Translations under genes and position numbers: made by a program
Notes under the pieces: model-generated
The model's database searches: none
The model's input: the letters and a program-made list of their open reading frames with translations, nothing else
What the model was told of the DNA's origin: nothing
In this document: positions 63,093 to 64,000 of the stretch, one piece after another
How the letters are laid out: each line of letters begins with the position of its first letter
Position numbering within the stretch: position 1 is the first letter of the stretch
From: Zootoca vivipara
Taxonomy: Eukaryota
Assembly: GCF_963506605.1 (NCBI RefSeq)
Contig: NC_083277.1
Location: 3,658,001 to 3,722,000 of the forward strand
Length of the DNA: 64,000 bases
Direction of reading: 5' to 3'

Positions 63093-63607
63093 GTATAAAA
63101 ATAATGAAAGTGCAAGCTCCACTTTTCTCCGTAACTGCTTGACCGATCGTCCTGAAATTTTGACACAACGATCCAGGCCACTCCCCGAGTGTTGTTAGAA
63201 AAAAACCCCCACACATCTCACACCTCTGCAGGTATAAACCTGTTTTTCAACAAAGTAAAACAGCGCCCTCAAGTGGATTTCCTCCCACAGTACACCCCCT
63301 CCCTTCCTGAGAAATCAACCAAGCAACTGAAACCACCAAGGCAGCCATTACCAGACCCATAGACCCCTGCCAGGCTGCTAGGCCCCAATTAGGCCTAGGG
63401 AGGGGGGAGAGGGCGAGCGCCCGGATTGCAGGTCGTAGCACGGCCTTTGTTTTATGTAGCCCCATGCCAGGCTGCCAGGCCCCCACTAGAACCGGGGGGG
63501 GGGCAAGCGCCTGGGTCGCAGGCCGCAGCACAGCCTTTGTTTTATGTAGGCCCCCACTAGGCCAGGGGGGGAATATCCCACAGCAACGCACTTGGGGGCA
63601 CGGCAAG
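63093..63607 (+). mobile_element. Probable degenerate Helitron
   Basis: Shares CTTGACCGAT..TGAAA..TTGACACAA and the CCACAGCA.CGC 3' motif with 20208-20865; terminal CTAG degenerate. Confidence 0.5.
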
Positions 63608-64000
63608 GGGTTTTTACTTTAAAATTTAGCGGGCGTTGTGTCACATGCGAGGCTCCGGAGGCCATTTTAAGTAAGGGCAGTCATGCCCCTTTTAACCTAC
63701 GTTTTATACTATGACTGATTGCAATCCTCTGCGTCTTAAAAAAAACAACCATGCACTTTCTCTCCCCAGTTAAAGTCCTCGGATATTTGCAGTGGCCATT
63801 TACAATCTCCTACCTTCCCCTTGCCACTTCCTGGGTTTTTTATGGAACCGAACAGCTCGGAACTCGTCGTCTGTTGCTACGGGGCTGTGGGTCTTTGCTA
63901 TTTAATTCCCCCCCACCGGTCGGGATTATTAAAGTAGTTCTCTAGGTTCTCTGGGTCACCTCCTCCAAAATTAGAAAATCCAAGTAACAAAACACACTCA

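Overview
Eukaryotic, repeat-rich squamate DNA, most likely a lacertid lizard (inferred from Sauria SINE, Squam3-like SINE and BovB sequence types). It is a young, rearranging cluster of C2H2 zinc-finger (ZNF) genes built from one segmentally duplicated unit present in both orientations. The unit is: CpG-rich promoter with a putative non-coding exon 1, then 1-3 copies of a ~174-nt phase-1/phase-1 cassette exon (core [32 protein letters not shown], distantly KRAB-B-like), then a ZNF exon. I found no KRAB-A or SCAN exon by eye. Units E (36.3-38.0 kb, +) and C (41.3-48.6 kb, +) have intact spliced ORFs. B (24.3-22.7 kb, -) has an open ORF but has lost its promoter. D (-) has a nonsense codon, A (+) has lost its ZNF exon at a TSD-less BovB, and F/G are fragments. 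Mobile DNA includes four young BovB LINEs (one with an intact ORF, nested in a hAT element), CR1, L2, L1, another RTE, ERV1 remnants, Helitrons, hAT and Tigger-like MITEs, and Penelope-type remnants carrying minimal hammerhead ribozymes. Two N-gaps sit at homologous points of an inverted duplication. All calls are by eye; no searches were run.
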